64,000 nucleotides of DNA from the NCBI RefSeq assembly GCF_000738915.1, contig NW_026515636.1:521175-585174 (forward strand), given 5' to 3'. Source of the DNA: Nematocida ausubeli (lineage: Eukaryota). The stretch's first letter is position 1; each line of letters begins with the position of its first letter. Made by a program: the position numbers and the translations under genes. Positions 52,792-63,526 of the stretch are shown in pieces. Under the pieces are notes generated by a model. That model saw nothing but the letters and a program-made list of their open reading frames with translations. It was not told where the DNA came from and made no database searches.

Positions 52792-53631
52792 TTACTCCTC
52801 ATCACTCTCCTCTGCTGAAAGTGCTTCTTCTTCATCAAAGTCACCTTCTTCCTTGAACTCACCGTATGCCATGTTACTTTCCATGAGGGCATTTGTTCTG
52901 ATTCCTCTCTCCTTAGGGAGGGTGATCAGAGACTCACCTGCTGTTCCAATTGCCATTAGGTTATCTGTACGTGTTGTGTACATTCTTCCGTTAAGGTCTT
53001 CAAGTATGGAGATGGTAAACCCACTGATGTGCACTTTTACTTCTCTGATGATTCCAACGCACCCAAGGTTCTTTCCACGGAATGCGTATGCTGTGTTTCC
53101 TACTTTAAGAGGGAAAGACTCCATTACTTCTCCAGTCTCTAGGTTGAACTTTATACTGTCTCCAATGTTGATACTTGGGTCTGCGTACTTAATAGTTCTT
53201 CCATCATTTGTGTGGAGAGTAAGTATACTGCGTCCTTCTAGTCTCTTTGCAAGTACTTTGCAGATTTTGAACTTTGCCTCCTCCTTAGTGATTGGCTGCA
53301 GGCAGAATTTCTGGTTTACGTTGTAAAGAAGTCTGTAGTTTTCGTGTATCTTGTCAAAACTTATGACATCCATGATTCCTGCTGGGTACTTTGGGTCCTT
53401 TCTGATCTTTCCATCTACCTTGACAAGTCTGTCATTCAGAATGTGCAGAACTTCTTTTGTGTTCTGTGCAAAGCTAAGCTTTCTTCTGACTATTAAGCAC
53501 AATGGAAGGCACTCTCTTAGCTTGTGTGGTCCACATCTTGGCCTAGGGGCAAATGTACCTCCTAATTTATCAAGTATCCATGAGTTTGGAGCATTTAGTC
53601 TCTTTAAATGCTTTCGTGGTCCGTTTACCAT
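52792..53631 (-). CDS. RPS4: 40S ribosomal protein eS4
   Basis: GPRKHLKRLNAP...GPHKLRECLPL...YPAGIMDVI. Confidence 0.97.
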   Translation of the reverse strand: MVNGPRKHLKRLNAPNSWILDKLGGTFAPRPRCGPHKLRECLPLCLIVRRKLSFAQNTKEVLHILNDRLVKVDGKIRKDPKYPAGIMDVISFDKIHENYRLLYNVNQKFCLQPITKEEAKFKICKVLAKRLEGRSILTLHTNDGRTIKYADPSINIGDSIKFNLETGEVMESFPLKVGNTAYAFRGKNLGCVGIIREVKVHISGFTISILEDLNGRMYTTRTDNLMAIGTAGESLITLPKERGIRTNALMESNMAYGEFKEEGDFDEEEALSAEESDEE

Positions 53632-53669
53632 TTTTCAAGGGTATAAAAATTAAAAGATTAATATGCGTT

Positions 53670-54308
53670 TTATTTTTCAGAGAGTGGAGTAGAATATCCT
53701 GTTAAAAATGCATAATTTATACCATTCTCATAGAGTGTATTTATTAATGGAATATGTCTACCATCTTGTGTTAAATATATCTCACTCTCTTCTAATGGTC
53801 TTTCTTTATTTCTGTGCAAATTTTCTGGAATGGATAATTCTTTCAATACGTCTGGTGTTATATTGACTAAACTCCTATGGTCAATGCAATGAAGAGGGAA
53901 GAATGCGTCTCCTTGGAATATTTTATATATCTCAGTCAGATACAACTTACATTTATACCTCTCTAGTGCCTCTTTGTATACGGCTGCACCACCAAATATA
54001 ATAGGCTGAAGAGAAAGACTTCTACAGATGGAAATTGCACTCTCTAAGGACTTACAGAATAGTACGGAATAATTTGGATCATGAATATTCTCATTATCAT
54101 GGGATGTTATCACAATGGAAGTCCTTTTTGGAAGAGGTTTTCCAATTGACTCGTATGTAAGACGGCCCATAATTAGACCAGATGGATACTTTGTAGTCAA
54201 GTACTTCATAAATTTAAAATCAACCTGGATACTAGGCCAGGGTAGTCTGCCTTCTCTTCCTATTACGCCATTTCCTTCAGAATATGCAGCTAAAACTATA
54301 GGAAGCAT
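53670..54308 (-). CDS. DFR1: Dihydrofolate reductase
   Basis: IGREGRLPW, IMGRLTYESI, PLPKR, IFGGAAVY and GDAFFP. Likely start MLPIV at 54308. Confidence 0.92.
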   Translation of the reverse strand: MLPIVLAAYSEGNGVIGREGRLPWPSIQVDFKFMKYLTTKYPSGLIMGRLTYESIGKPLPKRTSIVITSHDNENIHDPNYSVLFCKSLESAISICRSLSLQPIIFGGAAVYKEALERYKCKLYLTEIYKIFQGDAFFPLHCIDHRSLVNITPDVLKELSIPENLHRNKERPLEESEIYLTQDGRHIPLINTLYENGINYAFLTGYSTPLSEK

Positions 54309-54338
54309 TGTGAAAAAATAAACCAATTCGAAATTTAA

Positions 54339-54869
54339 ATGGAAGACCACTTGGATGAGCTTTTTATTTACAAAACAACAGGACAGAGTATGAACAGACT
54401 GAGAGCAGAGATAAAGAAATTATTAAAGAAGAACTATCGTGTGGAGTATGAAGATTCATCTTCTGGGTCTTCGTTCATGGTTATTATAAAAGGACCAGAA
54501 AATACTCCATTTTCCCATGGAAAATACAAGATACGAATATTCCTACCGAAGGATTTTCCGTTCAAATCACCATCCATAGGATTTGTGACAAAAGTATTCC
54601 ATCCTAATATTGATGAGAGTAGTGGGAGTGTGTGCTTGGATGTTTTGAACCAAGTTTGGTCACCTCTGTATGATGTTTCGAATATAATTGAGACATTTTT
54701 ACCGCAATTACTTGCATATCCAAATCCAGATGATCCACTGAATATTGAAGCAGGAAGATTATACCGCGAAAATATTGTAGCATACGAAAGGAAAGTGAGT
54801 GAGTATGTGGACCAGTACGCCAGAGGAGAAGACTCTTTGGATGCAGATTTATTTGAGGAAATTATGTAA
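54339..54869 (+). CDS. UBC8: Ubiquitin-conjugating enzyme E2 (Ubc8/UBE2H type)
   Basis: PFKSPSIGF...FHPNIDESSGSVCLDVLNQ...FLPQLLAYPNP. Confidence 0.92.
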   Translation: MEDHLDELFIYKTTGQSMNRLRAEIKKLLKKNYRVEYEDSSSGSSFMVIIKGPENTPFSHGKYKIRIFLPKDFPFKSPSIGFVTKVFHPNIDESSGSVCLDVLNQVWSPLYDVSNIIETFLPQLLAYPNPDDPLNIEAGRLYRENIVAYERKVSEYVDQYARGEDSLDADLFEEIM

Positions 54870-54872
54870 AAT

Positions 54873-55028
54873 ATGAAATTCACAGGAGAGAAACTGAAAA
54901 AGGTCAAAGGAGTGTTTACAGCCCTTTCATCTGTGATAGATGAAACCCTGCACATAGGACCCTTGGCAGTAATGGATACGGATGTGGAGATAATAACAAA
55001 GTGGGACTTTGGATCATCAGAGCTGTAG
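54873..55028 (+). CDS. Candidate 51-aa small ORF
   Basis: MKFTGEKLKKVKGVFTALSSVIDETLHIGPLAVMDTDVEIITKWDFGSSEL*. Starts 3 nt after the UBC8 stop; coding-like GC content. Confidence 0.45.
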   Translation: MKFTGEKLKKVKGVFTALSSVIDETLHIGPLAVMDTDVEIITKWDFGSSEL

Positions 55029-55589
55029 AATGTAGAATAAATTGCTTTTGTCTTGGCTCTTGTCATATTTTATTTAATATGTGGTTTACAGTTGGATTTT
55101 AATTAGATTATATTGTTAGATTAACTAGAGTTAGATAGGTATATCTACAGATATATTCACTAGTGTATTTATCTGATACAAAGTGAATGTTTCACAGTAG
55201 CCTAAGACAAAGGAAATTTCTTGTCAATTCTTGTCGAATTTGACTCTAAGAAGGTTCTCTCTAAGTGGAGTATAAGTAAAGGCAGTGAGTGAATAATTGA
55301 ATATTTAGTCTACAGTATAAATAGCCTAAATAATTTGCACTTTTGTCAAATTGTATTACAACTGACAGTACTATAAAAGTAAATTTAAACTGTCATATTC
55401 AACAGACACTCTTAGTATTAGAATATTCAAAGATAAATAGTGTATAATAGAAATAACCAAGGGTCTATATGGTAAAATATCTTGTTATTAATTTGAAATT
55501 CCACCTTCTACCTTCCAGAATATTTCTCCCATTTAAGCACGTCATTATTTCTTGGCTGGAATATTTTGCATAAAATTACACACTAATAG

Positions 55590-55930
55590 GCTGTAGTAGA
55601 CTGTAATATAGACTAATATACACTGCAATAGACTGAAATATACAGTAATATAGACTAATATACTGTAAAAATACACTAATATACTGTAATACACTGTAAC
55701 AGACTAATATACACCAATAGACTGTAATAGACACTAATATAGACTAATATACTGTAACAGACTAATATATACTGTAATATAGACTAATATACTAATACAC
55801 TAATATACTGTAATACACTGTAATACACTGTAATACACACTAATACACTAATATTCCTACTAAATATACACCAATATACTAATATCCACCAATATTCCTA
55901 CTAAATATACACTAATACACTGCAATATTT
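55590..55930. repeat. Degenerate TAGACTAATATACTGTAA tandem array
   Basis: Repeated ACTAATATA and ACACTGTAA units. Related in reverse to about 41510-41730 and to 39620-40260. Confidence 0.8.
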
Positions 55931-56014
55931 ACTATAATTAAATTTCTTCTAAGGGGAAATATATCCAAAGAATAAGAGAGTGAAATAATCCATTTCTGTT
56001 GTAATATATGACTA

Positions 56015-56959
56015 TTATTCTCTCTTTAGTAATCTATCTACTTTATCTATGGAATATTTTGCAATTGTAGATATATTTAGTATATCCTCTATTGATGCTT
56101 TTCTTCTTGTTTCTTCCATTATATTAATGTCATTTTGTAATTCTTCTAGATTTCTTAGATTTCTTATCAATGAGATTTGCTTCTTATCTGTGATGTACAT
56201 GGTCTCTGGGGTCACTGGTATCTCATATAAATGGATTCCAATTCTTTCCATGCTGGGTACTTTAAGATGTGGATTTCTTTTGCTCCCGTACTTATAGACT
56301 GCGTATATTGATAGACCATGTGGATCACAGTCAAAAAGACCAAATATTCTTATAGATCTTGCAATAGACAGGAATTTAAGAGTATTAGTACATGGATAAC
56401 CCTTTCCTGTTACAATTATTATCTCTTCCATTCTATTTTTATATGCAGTATCTTGTATGATATCATTGAAGACTGCTTCTTTTTCTACTACAATTATTGC
56501 TGATGCCTTTGTGAATATTTTAGTTTCTTTCTGTATCCTTGGGATAATTGAAGTATTTTCCATCTGAACGACTTTTTCTTGGAATTTTAATGAAAATATT
56601 CCATGGACTAGTCCTTTGTACGATGGAACAATCAAAGATATCTCTATTTTTAGGCGTATCTTTATGTAATCTATCACACGCACTGTGTGATTTTGGTTCT
56701 TAAAGACTCTTTTGCATCTATAGAATATTTCTCTAATGGTTATTTCTTTGCACTCACAGAGTATCACATAATATACATTAAGCACAGGAATAGCACATTC
56801 TAATCGCATTCTACCAATAATTACGTCTTCAATGACTGCCAGAATATCATTATACAGGATATCAGAGTACTTGCACTCCTGATATCTCAGAAGAAATGCA
56901 CTTTTATCCTTAAGGATGCCTGCCAGAAATGAGACAGTAAGAAGGTTCTTCCTAGTCAT
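56015..56959 (-). CDS. SPO11: Meiotic recombination protein Spo11 (TopoVI-A)
   Basis: TIREIFY (catalytic Tyr), IIVVEKEAVF, TGKGYP and DCDPHG (TOPRIM). Confidence 0.93.
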   Translation of the reverse strand: MTRKNLLTVSFLAGILKDKSAFLLRYQECKYSDILYNDILAVIEDVIIGRMRLECAIPVLNVYYVILCECKEITIREIFYRCKRVFKNQNHTVRVIDYIKIRLKIEISLIVPSYKGLVHGIFSLKFQEKVVQMENTSIIPRIQKETKIFTKASAIIVVEKEAVFNDIIQDTAYKNRMEEIIIVTGKGYPCTNTLKFLSIARSIRIFGLFDCDPHGLSIYAVYKYGSKRNPHLKVPSMERIGIHLYEIPVTPETMYITDKKQISLIRNLRNLEELQNDINIMEETRRKASIEDILNISTIAKYSIDKVDRLLKRE

Positions 56960-57199
56960 ATTTTCCTTGCAGAGTGTTTGGTTTATATGGTAATAATCTT
57001 AAGATAATTATAAGACAGAAAGAAAAAAGTCACCAAGACTATATAATAAATATACATGGGATTACTAGAATAAACTATAACTGTAGTCATGTGAATCTAT
57101 GCGTATATATTAAAGCACTTTAAATAATATCATATTAAGACAAGATATACTTCACTAATAATAAGTACTTGACAGGTCAAACAAGAATAAAAAATATTT

Positions 57200-57810
57200 C
57201 AATAAATAGATAGGTAGGTAGATAGATAGGTGGATAGTAGGTGAATAGTAGATAGATAGTGGGTAGATAGTAGGTGGATAGATATGAGTACTTTTCAAGT
57301 GTGTATTATTTTTGTCTTATATTTGAATATCTTTGGTATCAGTTATTTGAATATATTTGGTGTCAGTTATTTCTATCTTATATTTGTCAGTTATATTTAT
57401 CTTATCCTTGAATATCTTTGGTGTCAGTTATATTTATCTTACTATTAATATTTCCATACGAGAACTAGTAGCCTTCTTCTGTACGAAAAATATTTCAGAG
57501 GGTGAAAATTGAAGGACTTTTAGCCTCAGAATAATAATGTGTAATTTTACCACAGTAATGGTATATTGCTTTATTATAGATGCGCCTATGAATAAACATG
57601 CAGAAATATGCCACTCACTGGCTCTAGGTGGAATATATAGTGTAGTAAAATACTCTCATTAGAAATTTCCACTTACCAAAGAATTCTTCAGAAATTCCTT
57701 CAGTATAAGAATGCGAAATTAACAAAAAGAGAAAATATCCTTAGAGAGAAATAGATCTAAAATGAACAAAAAGGGCAAATATTCACAGGAATAAAACTCC
57801 CTTAAGAACA
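57200..57810. repeat. GATA/TAGG repeat followed by degenerate family-A fragments in both orientations
   Basis: TAGG/TAGA repeat at 57200-57290, repeated GAATATCTTTGGT(G/A)TCAGTTAT, and reverse fragment GTAAAATACTCTCATT...CTTCAGAAATTCCT at 57644-57700. Confidence 0.55.
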
Positions 57811-57983
57811 GCACTATCTATACTTATAGACTAAATATGGTTATAGACTAATCTTCTTACTGAAATATTTCTACTTTTGAGTACTTCAGGCATAAATTCA
57901 TTACAACCCACCCATTCCCATGCCTTGCCTTATTATTGCTTAAAATATATCCATATTTATCTTTACTACTAGTATGCAAGGTA

Positions 57984-58502
57984 CTAATTTCCGTTGCAAA
58001 TCTTAATTCTTTCAATTATCCTTATAAGGGCATCATCCTCTTCGTTCATTGCCTGGTATTCTTCTATGGGAATATATGAGGACTCTGGGATACACTTGAT
58101 AATTTCATCATCGATTAAGAAGACATTCTTAACAGAGACATTCTCTAGTTCTGCTATTTTGTTCATGTCCTTACCTCTCTTATAAGAGTTTTCATCTAGT
58201 TTTGTTGCATGTGCATGGTAATATTTATGAATTGCTCTTGTCATACCCTTACTCTCTAATAAATTTGTCAGGTGAATACCATTATGCTCCATGGCTGTTG
58301 TCCATAGCATGTACGTTATATCATTTTCATGCAAGTAATTAATTAATTTGTCTAAATGTGGCCGTAAATATATCAGGTCACCTCGTCCTGGTATTATTGC
58401 ATCTGGCTTCTTCTTATCTAAGTATGTGCCTTTGTTCTCTTTCACTCTGCTTAAAAGTGTTCCATTTAAGTCAAACACAAATATCTTCTTCTCTACTGTC
58501 AT
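57984..58502 (-). CDS. FCP1/NIF-family HAD phosphatase-like protein (DLNGT variant)
   Basis: VFDLNGTLL, YLRPHL, LWTTA, KDM and FLIDD. Confidence 0.8.
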   Translation of the reverse strand: MTVEKKIFVFDLNGTLLSRVKENKGTYLDKKKPDAIIPGRGDLIYLRPHLDKLINYLHENDITYMLWTTAMEHNGIHLTNLLESKGMTRAIHKYYHAHATKLDENSYKRGKDMNKIAELENVSVKNVFLIDDEIIKCIPESSYIPIEEYQAMNEEDDALIRIIERIKICNGN

Positions 58503-58542
58503 TTTTTTCTTTAAAATATTTTATGTCTTAAATATTTTCATA

Positions 58543-61239
58543 ATGGTGTACTTAAGCTGGCTAACAAAAACCCCAAATATTGAAGAACTAGGGGGATTTG
58601 AAGAGTACATTAAGAGGGAAAAGGAAGAATCCGTGAGAATAATGAAGAGAAGACTTAAAAAAGGAAAAACCACAGATAGACAAATTGCTGAAGACACTTT
58701 AGGAGCAGCAAATAAACTATACGCAAAAGGAGATTTCCTAGGGGCAATCAACAAAATAAAAGAAGCCCTGACCTACCACAGTACAAATGACAATGCGTAC
58801 TATCTGCTTGGTGTTATATACGAAGAACAAGAAGAAGCAGAAAAGGCATTTAATGCATTTTTAATTTCAGCCAGTATTAAAAGGACAGATATTACACTAT
58901 GGAAGAGACTATATGAGTACAAGAGAAGAGAAGATGACTTAGAGTACCAAGTATATATACTGAAGAAAATAAAAAAATTAAAACCAACGAATGAAGTACT
59001 AGAAGACCTTCTGGAGATATACGAGAGACAGAAGAATCAAAGTAAAATATTTGAGATAAAAGCAGAGATGATGGGACCTGAATTTCCTGCTGAGATAATA
59101 TTTGAGATTCTAGAGAATATTCGTACGTTAAAGAATAGAGTGAAAATAATAGAGATAATTAGTAGGGCACTTGATAGAGAGAAAGTATTTGCTGACTTAT
59201 CAGACAGGTTTATCATAGGATATGTTGACTTACTGTTCACTCAGGGCCATTATTCCCTTCTTTCTCAACTGAATAATTCATTACAATACTGTAAGAAGAC
59301 GGTTATTTGTATTAGATCTCAAATAATTCTGTTTTTTTCTGTAATTATATCTGAGATTATGAATAAGTGCCAGATTTGCACAGGAAATAGTCTTTGTACA
59401 TGCAGGGATACAGCAGATATCGATGCCTCTTATAATATCTTAATTGAAACAAGCAAAAAAACTGCCATAATTAACGTAATTTTCAACACAGAAGCACTCT
59501 CAGATCCAATACATCTGCACCTAACAGGTTACCTAATAGATATACTAATTAAAATGCGTAAATATAAGCTGTCTGTTAAGTTATTACTAATTATTAATGG
59601 CCATATGGACAGAATACTTAGTCAGAAGGACAGTCTAAAGAGTGTAAATTTAATTAGAGACAGAATCCTTCATGAGAGTATAAATATTAAGAAGAGAATT
59701 GCCTTTATATACGACAGACTAAAGGAATATGATAAGAGTATCATGCATTACAAGGCAATTTTGGATGGAGGGTACGCAGATACAATGCAAAGTGTCTTAG
59801 AAGAAGTAAAAATGAGAATATCTGAGATCTACAAAAAAACCGGTAATATTGATCTAGCACTGGAATATGCACTCCAGATACAAACAGCAACAATATCAAC
59901 TGATCTACAAAGAGAAGACCTTCTATTTTATACAGAAATAGGGTGCATGCATATGAGATCTCTACTGTACAAGGCCATGCACATATACAGTGATGATAAA
60001 ATAGCATATGATCCATCTGTTAGAACATATTTTATCCGTTCAGCACAAGAATTAGTACAATTTCTGTTGAAAAACACTTTTGTTTTTGCAAAAAAAAAGA
60101 AAAAAAGAAGTCTTCAGGAGACAGATCATACTCCTGCACCAGAGGAACAACTTATTAGTACAAAAGAATTTGAGACAGATTATGATCTACTCCATGGGAC
60201 AAGTGGTCTTGGTAAAGTATTCTCTAATGAAGTATCTGAGGAGATATCAGCTGGGAAAAAAGTCTATTTTGACATGCTTGCGTCTTTGCTTGGGGGACTT
60301 ACAGTGAAAGAATGGCATGGTATTATATACAGATATATCACAGCACTGCATTATAATGGATCTAATGAAGCTGCAATTCTTCTCCTTAGGAAGGTCTTGA
60401 CATCTCCTGTACTGCGCAGTTTATTCGAAGAATACACTTTTCTTCTGTGGTTGCTCATCAGGATATCAAAGGACACAAAGGACATTGAGTCATTGCATTG
60501 GGGAATTACCCATATGGTGCGGTATTATGCTCACAGGGCAGGTGTAGATGCAGTTTCCTTCTATTATTTGTGCTATTTTCTTATCAGTCAGGTGCCTAGA
60601 TTTCACAGAAAATCAGAATATTACAAATTCCAGAAGAATGTTCAAAGGAATCTCAGGAGAAAGAGTCTTTCCAGGGGTACTGGTGCCCAGAATATTCTTA
60701 CAATTTTATGTTTCTCTTATATGCCTAGCTTTATATACACTGACACAGCAGCCCGTTTGGAGAAATATGTTGAAGACTCTGTGGTACTCCAGGCTAATAC
60801 GACCTTATTAGACATATTCAGGGCAATTGCACTATCATCACTATTTCTGACGCATGCATCCAGCAGGAAGGTTGTAGACAGGGATAGATACATTAAGAAA
60901 GGCATAAAAATACTGCAGGAATACACTATTTACTTTAAAGAATCACATAATCACAGTGAAAATAAAGTGACAGTTAGAAGTGAAAATGGATTAATTGAAT
61001 ATACAGTGTATGTAGACATACGGGAAGACCAAACATACGCAGAGGATGATCCAACTGAGAAATTGGGTCTACTGCAGTATAATCTTGCTAGGGCATTTCA
61101 CCAGTATAAATTGTACGGTCTTGCAGAGAACCTGTACATTGAGTCTGCAAAGCACACAAGAAACAAAGAACTTCTGTCTCTCCTGCAAATCAACACATTC
61201 CTCCTGGGAAAACCATTGAAAGTATCAGTTCTTCAATGA
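58543..61239 (+). CDS. TFC4: TFIIIC TPR subunit Tfc4/tau131
   Basis: TPRs (ANKLYAKGD...AYYLLGVIYEE) and C-terminal YNLARAFHQYKLYGLAENLY. Likely start at 58543. Confidence 0.78.
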   Translation: MVYLSWLTKTPNIEELGGFEEYIKREKEESVRIMKRRLKKGKTTDRQIAEDTLGAANKLYAKGDFLGAINKIKEALTYHSTNDNAYYLLGVIYEEQEEAEKAFNAFLISASIKRTDITLWKRLYEYKRREDDLEYQVYILKKIKKLKPTNEVLEDLLEIYERQKNQSKIFEIKAEMMGPEFPAEIIFEILENIRTLKNRVKIIEIISRALDREKVFADLSDRFIIGYVDLLFTQGHYSLLSQLNNSLQYCKKTVICIRSQIILFFSVIISEIMNKCQICTGNSLCTCRDTADIDASYNILIETSKKTAIINVIFNTEALSDPIHLHLTGYLIDILIKMRKYKLSVKLLLIINGHMDRILSQKDSLKSVNLIRDRILHESINIKKRIAFIYDRLKEYDKSIMHYKAILDGGYADTMQSVLEEVKMRISEIYKKTGNIDLALEYALQIQTATISTDLQREDLLFYTEIGCMHMRSLLYKAMHIYSDDKIAYDPSVRTYFIRSAQELVQFLLKNTFVFAKKKKKRSLQETDHTPAPEEQLISTKEFETDYDLLHGTSGLGKVFSNEVSEEISAGKKVYFDMLASLLGGLTVKEWHGIIYRYITALHYNGSNEAAILLLRKVLTSPVLRSLFEEYTFLLWLLIRISKDTKDIESLHWGITHMVRYYAHRAGVDAVSFYYLCYFLISQVPRFHRKSEYYKFQKNVQRNLRRKSLSRGTGAQNILTILCFSYMPSFIYTDTAARLEKYVEDSVVLQANTTLLDIFRAIALSSLFLTHASSRKVVDRDRYIKKGIKILQEYTIYFKESHNHSENKVTVRSENGLIEYTVYVDIREDQTYAEDDPTEKLGLLQYNLARAFHQYKLYGLAENLYIESAKHTRNKELLSLLQINTFLLGKPLKVSVLQ

Positions 61240-61787
61240 AAATACGCATTTAATTGTAATTATAACGAATAAACCAGCAATTCCATGCATAAACAAAAGA
61301 ATCACGTATATTCACCATATATTCACATGCACCATATGCTTAAAGTTGTTTTATCTTCAAATATTCCCAGTGTTTTCCACTTCTTAGTCTCTTAGTCTAG
61401 ACTATTTCCCGTAAGAGTTCACAAAAACCAGTAATTCCAGGAATAAATAGAAATACACTAGTGATACAGCAGACAAAGCCATAATGTACTCAGGCATAGT
61501 CTAAGAATAAAGCACTCTAAGACTTCATTTATTATAATGTAATATTTTCTTCCTAAGCTGCTTCAATTATAGCATATTACTGTACTTCTTTAAGGGTTTT
61601 CTTTGCTCTAGTATAAATATAGACTAAATCTATTATTTATTACTGCCCCATAAGTGTACTAGTACGCTTGTCACAGCACAAAAAGAAATTCTCTCTTAAA
61701 TTACGTCTAGAAGACTTTTCCACAGAGATTTCTGTCTAAAAATATCCCAAGATAATTTATGCATCAGACAACTACTAGAATGACTAG

Positions 61788-61840
61788 ATATAACCCGATA
61801 TAACCCAAATAACCCGATATAACCCGATATAACCCGAATT
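61788..61840. repeat. Tandem ATAACCCGAT motif cluster
   Basis: Five TAACCC units, four of them TAACCCGA. Confidence 0.8.
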
Positions 61841-61987
61841 CTTATAACTTTGCATTTTTCCTGTCATTTTTTCTTCTTTCTGTCTACTGGAATATTTTGT
61901 CTGGCTACTAGAATATTTTGTCTGTCTGTCTAGCTGGAGTATTTTCTCTGCCTACATGAAACATTTTGTCTGACTACTGGAACTCTT

Positions 61988-62263
61988 CTATTCCTTGTAC
62001 TTCTCTCTTAGCATTTTCTTCTTCTTTCTTGCTGCTAGTCTTGCACTTCTGTTGGCTACTAGTACTTTTTGGGCCTCTTCGTCTCTCTTCTGGATGACTG
62101 CCCGGAGTTCTCTCCTTTGGTCTCTTATTTCTGCCTTTTTGCTCCATGTATCTGCATGTCTATTCTTCTGTATCTCTTGTTTTCTCTTTCTTTCTTCAAT
62201 ATCCATATCACTTCTGGTTCTTTCTATTTTCCTTCTGTGCGCGCAGTCTCGTTGTTTTGCCAT
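61988..62263 (-). CDS. Small basic coiled-coil protein (weakly Cgr1-like)
   Basis: 91 aa, K/R-rich, contains TWSKKAEIRDQRRELR. Function is uncertain. Confidence 0.6.
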   Translation of the reverse strand: MAKQRDCAHRRKIERTRSDMDIEERKRKQEIQKNRHADTWSKKAEIRDQRRELRAVIQKRDEEAQKVLVANRSARLAARKKKKMLREKYKE

Positions 62264-62451
62264 TGATTTAATTATTTAAATTTTTGCACCCTGCTATTTA
62301 GTGTTACTCAGCAAATAATTTTGTCGGGTGTTGAAAATATCACACATTAAAGGAGAAGAGTCTTATTATACTCCTCTCCTACATTTTACAGTTAATTTCT
62401 TCTTTATTCTTATATACCACTGTGAATTTATCCTACAAAAATATTTTTACC

Positions 62452-62832
62452 ATGGAAAACTCACCAGAGAATGCACTCCGGACAGGCTTAGATGCCTTAG
62501 ATGCAGTAACTGAAAGAATTAGCATAGTCAATCAAATTGTAGACAGTATGAGAGAACTCCACCAGATAGACCAACCACAAAAAAACCAAGAAATCTCAGA
62601 AGAATATTACTTATTTGAACTGAATAAGTGGATTACAATTAGTGCACACCAAAGCACAGAGTTAGAAATGAAAAATGAACTCCTTCTGGTCACTCAGAAG
62701 AAGTATTTAGAGTCCCTAAAGAAACTCAAATTCCTTCAGACAGAAGTTGAAGCAGCAAATGAAAAGTACAAATACTACAAAGAACAAGCAGAACAATTAA
62801 AAAGAACAAGAAATATTTCAGTTGGAAATTAA
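62452..62832 (+). CDS. Hypothetical coiled-coil protein
   Basis: Likely start MENSPE at 62452; heptad-rich C-terminus. Confidence 0.7.
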   Translation: MENSPENALRTGLDALDAVTERISIVNQIVDSMRELHQIDQPQKNQEISEEYYLFELNKWITISAHQSTELEMKNELLLVTQKKYLESLKKLKFLQTEVEAANEKYKYYKEQAEQLKRTRNISVGN

Positions 62833-62976
62833 AATACTAATTATACAACTAGGAATATACCTAATAAGACTGAATTAATATGTAAAAGTATGCAAAAACT
62901 GTCTATTATTAATTCTCATGAATATCTCTATTCTAACTGCATAATACAGTCTACAATAAATTTGTACCCAAAATAC

Positions 62977-63489
62977 TCAGAATATCCTGCCTAGTGCATT
63001 GCAGTCCATTTTATTAAGGTCTTTACATTCAATGAACTCCTTGTTAGTCTTATCATATACATGAAATATCTCATCTATACCTGCCCTTATGTCTTCTGTA
63101 TTCTCATCCTTCGGGTATAAATTACTTGCAATTTCCTCTAAATCTGTTCTAGTAATTCTCCCGTCTACTGAGATTAAGTCAAAAAAGAATTTCACCTTCT
63201 CTTCATTCGTGGAATATTTACTGAAAATAGTAGCAGCAGATACAAACCCATTGAAGTCTATCTTCCCATCTTCATCACATATCTTCCTTATAACCCTCTC
63301 TCCAAATGGATTTATACTTATCTCCGGGATACATAGTAATTGGTCTACAAATATTCTTCCTATTTCTTCTTTATCTAGTTCTTTAAACCTAGTATAAAGA
63401 AGCTTTATTTGCTTAGGGGGTAACCTGCAGCCTGTCTGCCTTATAACCCTAATATCCTCCTTAGTCAATCCACTGAATACTGTTCCCAT
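62977..63489 (-). CDS. CNB1: Calcineurin B / CHP-like EF-hand protein
   Basis: MG myristoylation start, LYTRFKELD, IPEISINP, IDFNGFV and EEKVKFFF. Confidence 0.8.
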   Translation of the reverse strand: MGTVFSGLTKEDIRVIRQTGCRLPPKQIKLLYTRFKELDKEEIGRIFVDQLLCIPEISINPFGERVIRKICDEDGKIDFNGFVSAATIFSKYSTNEEKVKFFFDLISVDGRITRTDLEEIASNLYPKDENTEDIRAGIDEIFHVYDKTNKEFIECKDLNKMDCNALGRIF

Positions 63490-63526
63490 GCACTCTATTA
63501 ATATTTAAAATTTAATTGCCCAAGAA

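Noticed and set aside
54434..55066. 210-aa minus-strand ORF, and the many other antisense ORFs in the track such as 18320-18922, 22993-23508 and 25714-26103
   Set aside because: These are shadows of well-supported genes on the opposite strand, with biased S/F/L/I composition and no motifs.
58348..58542. N-terminal extensions in the ORF track (also at 4391, 7290, 16642, 21497, 26218, 30785, 43937, 54350 and 62422)
   Set aside because: They mostly start at non-ATG codons or run through promoter or antisense DNA. Downstream ATGs fit the domain boundaries better.
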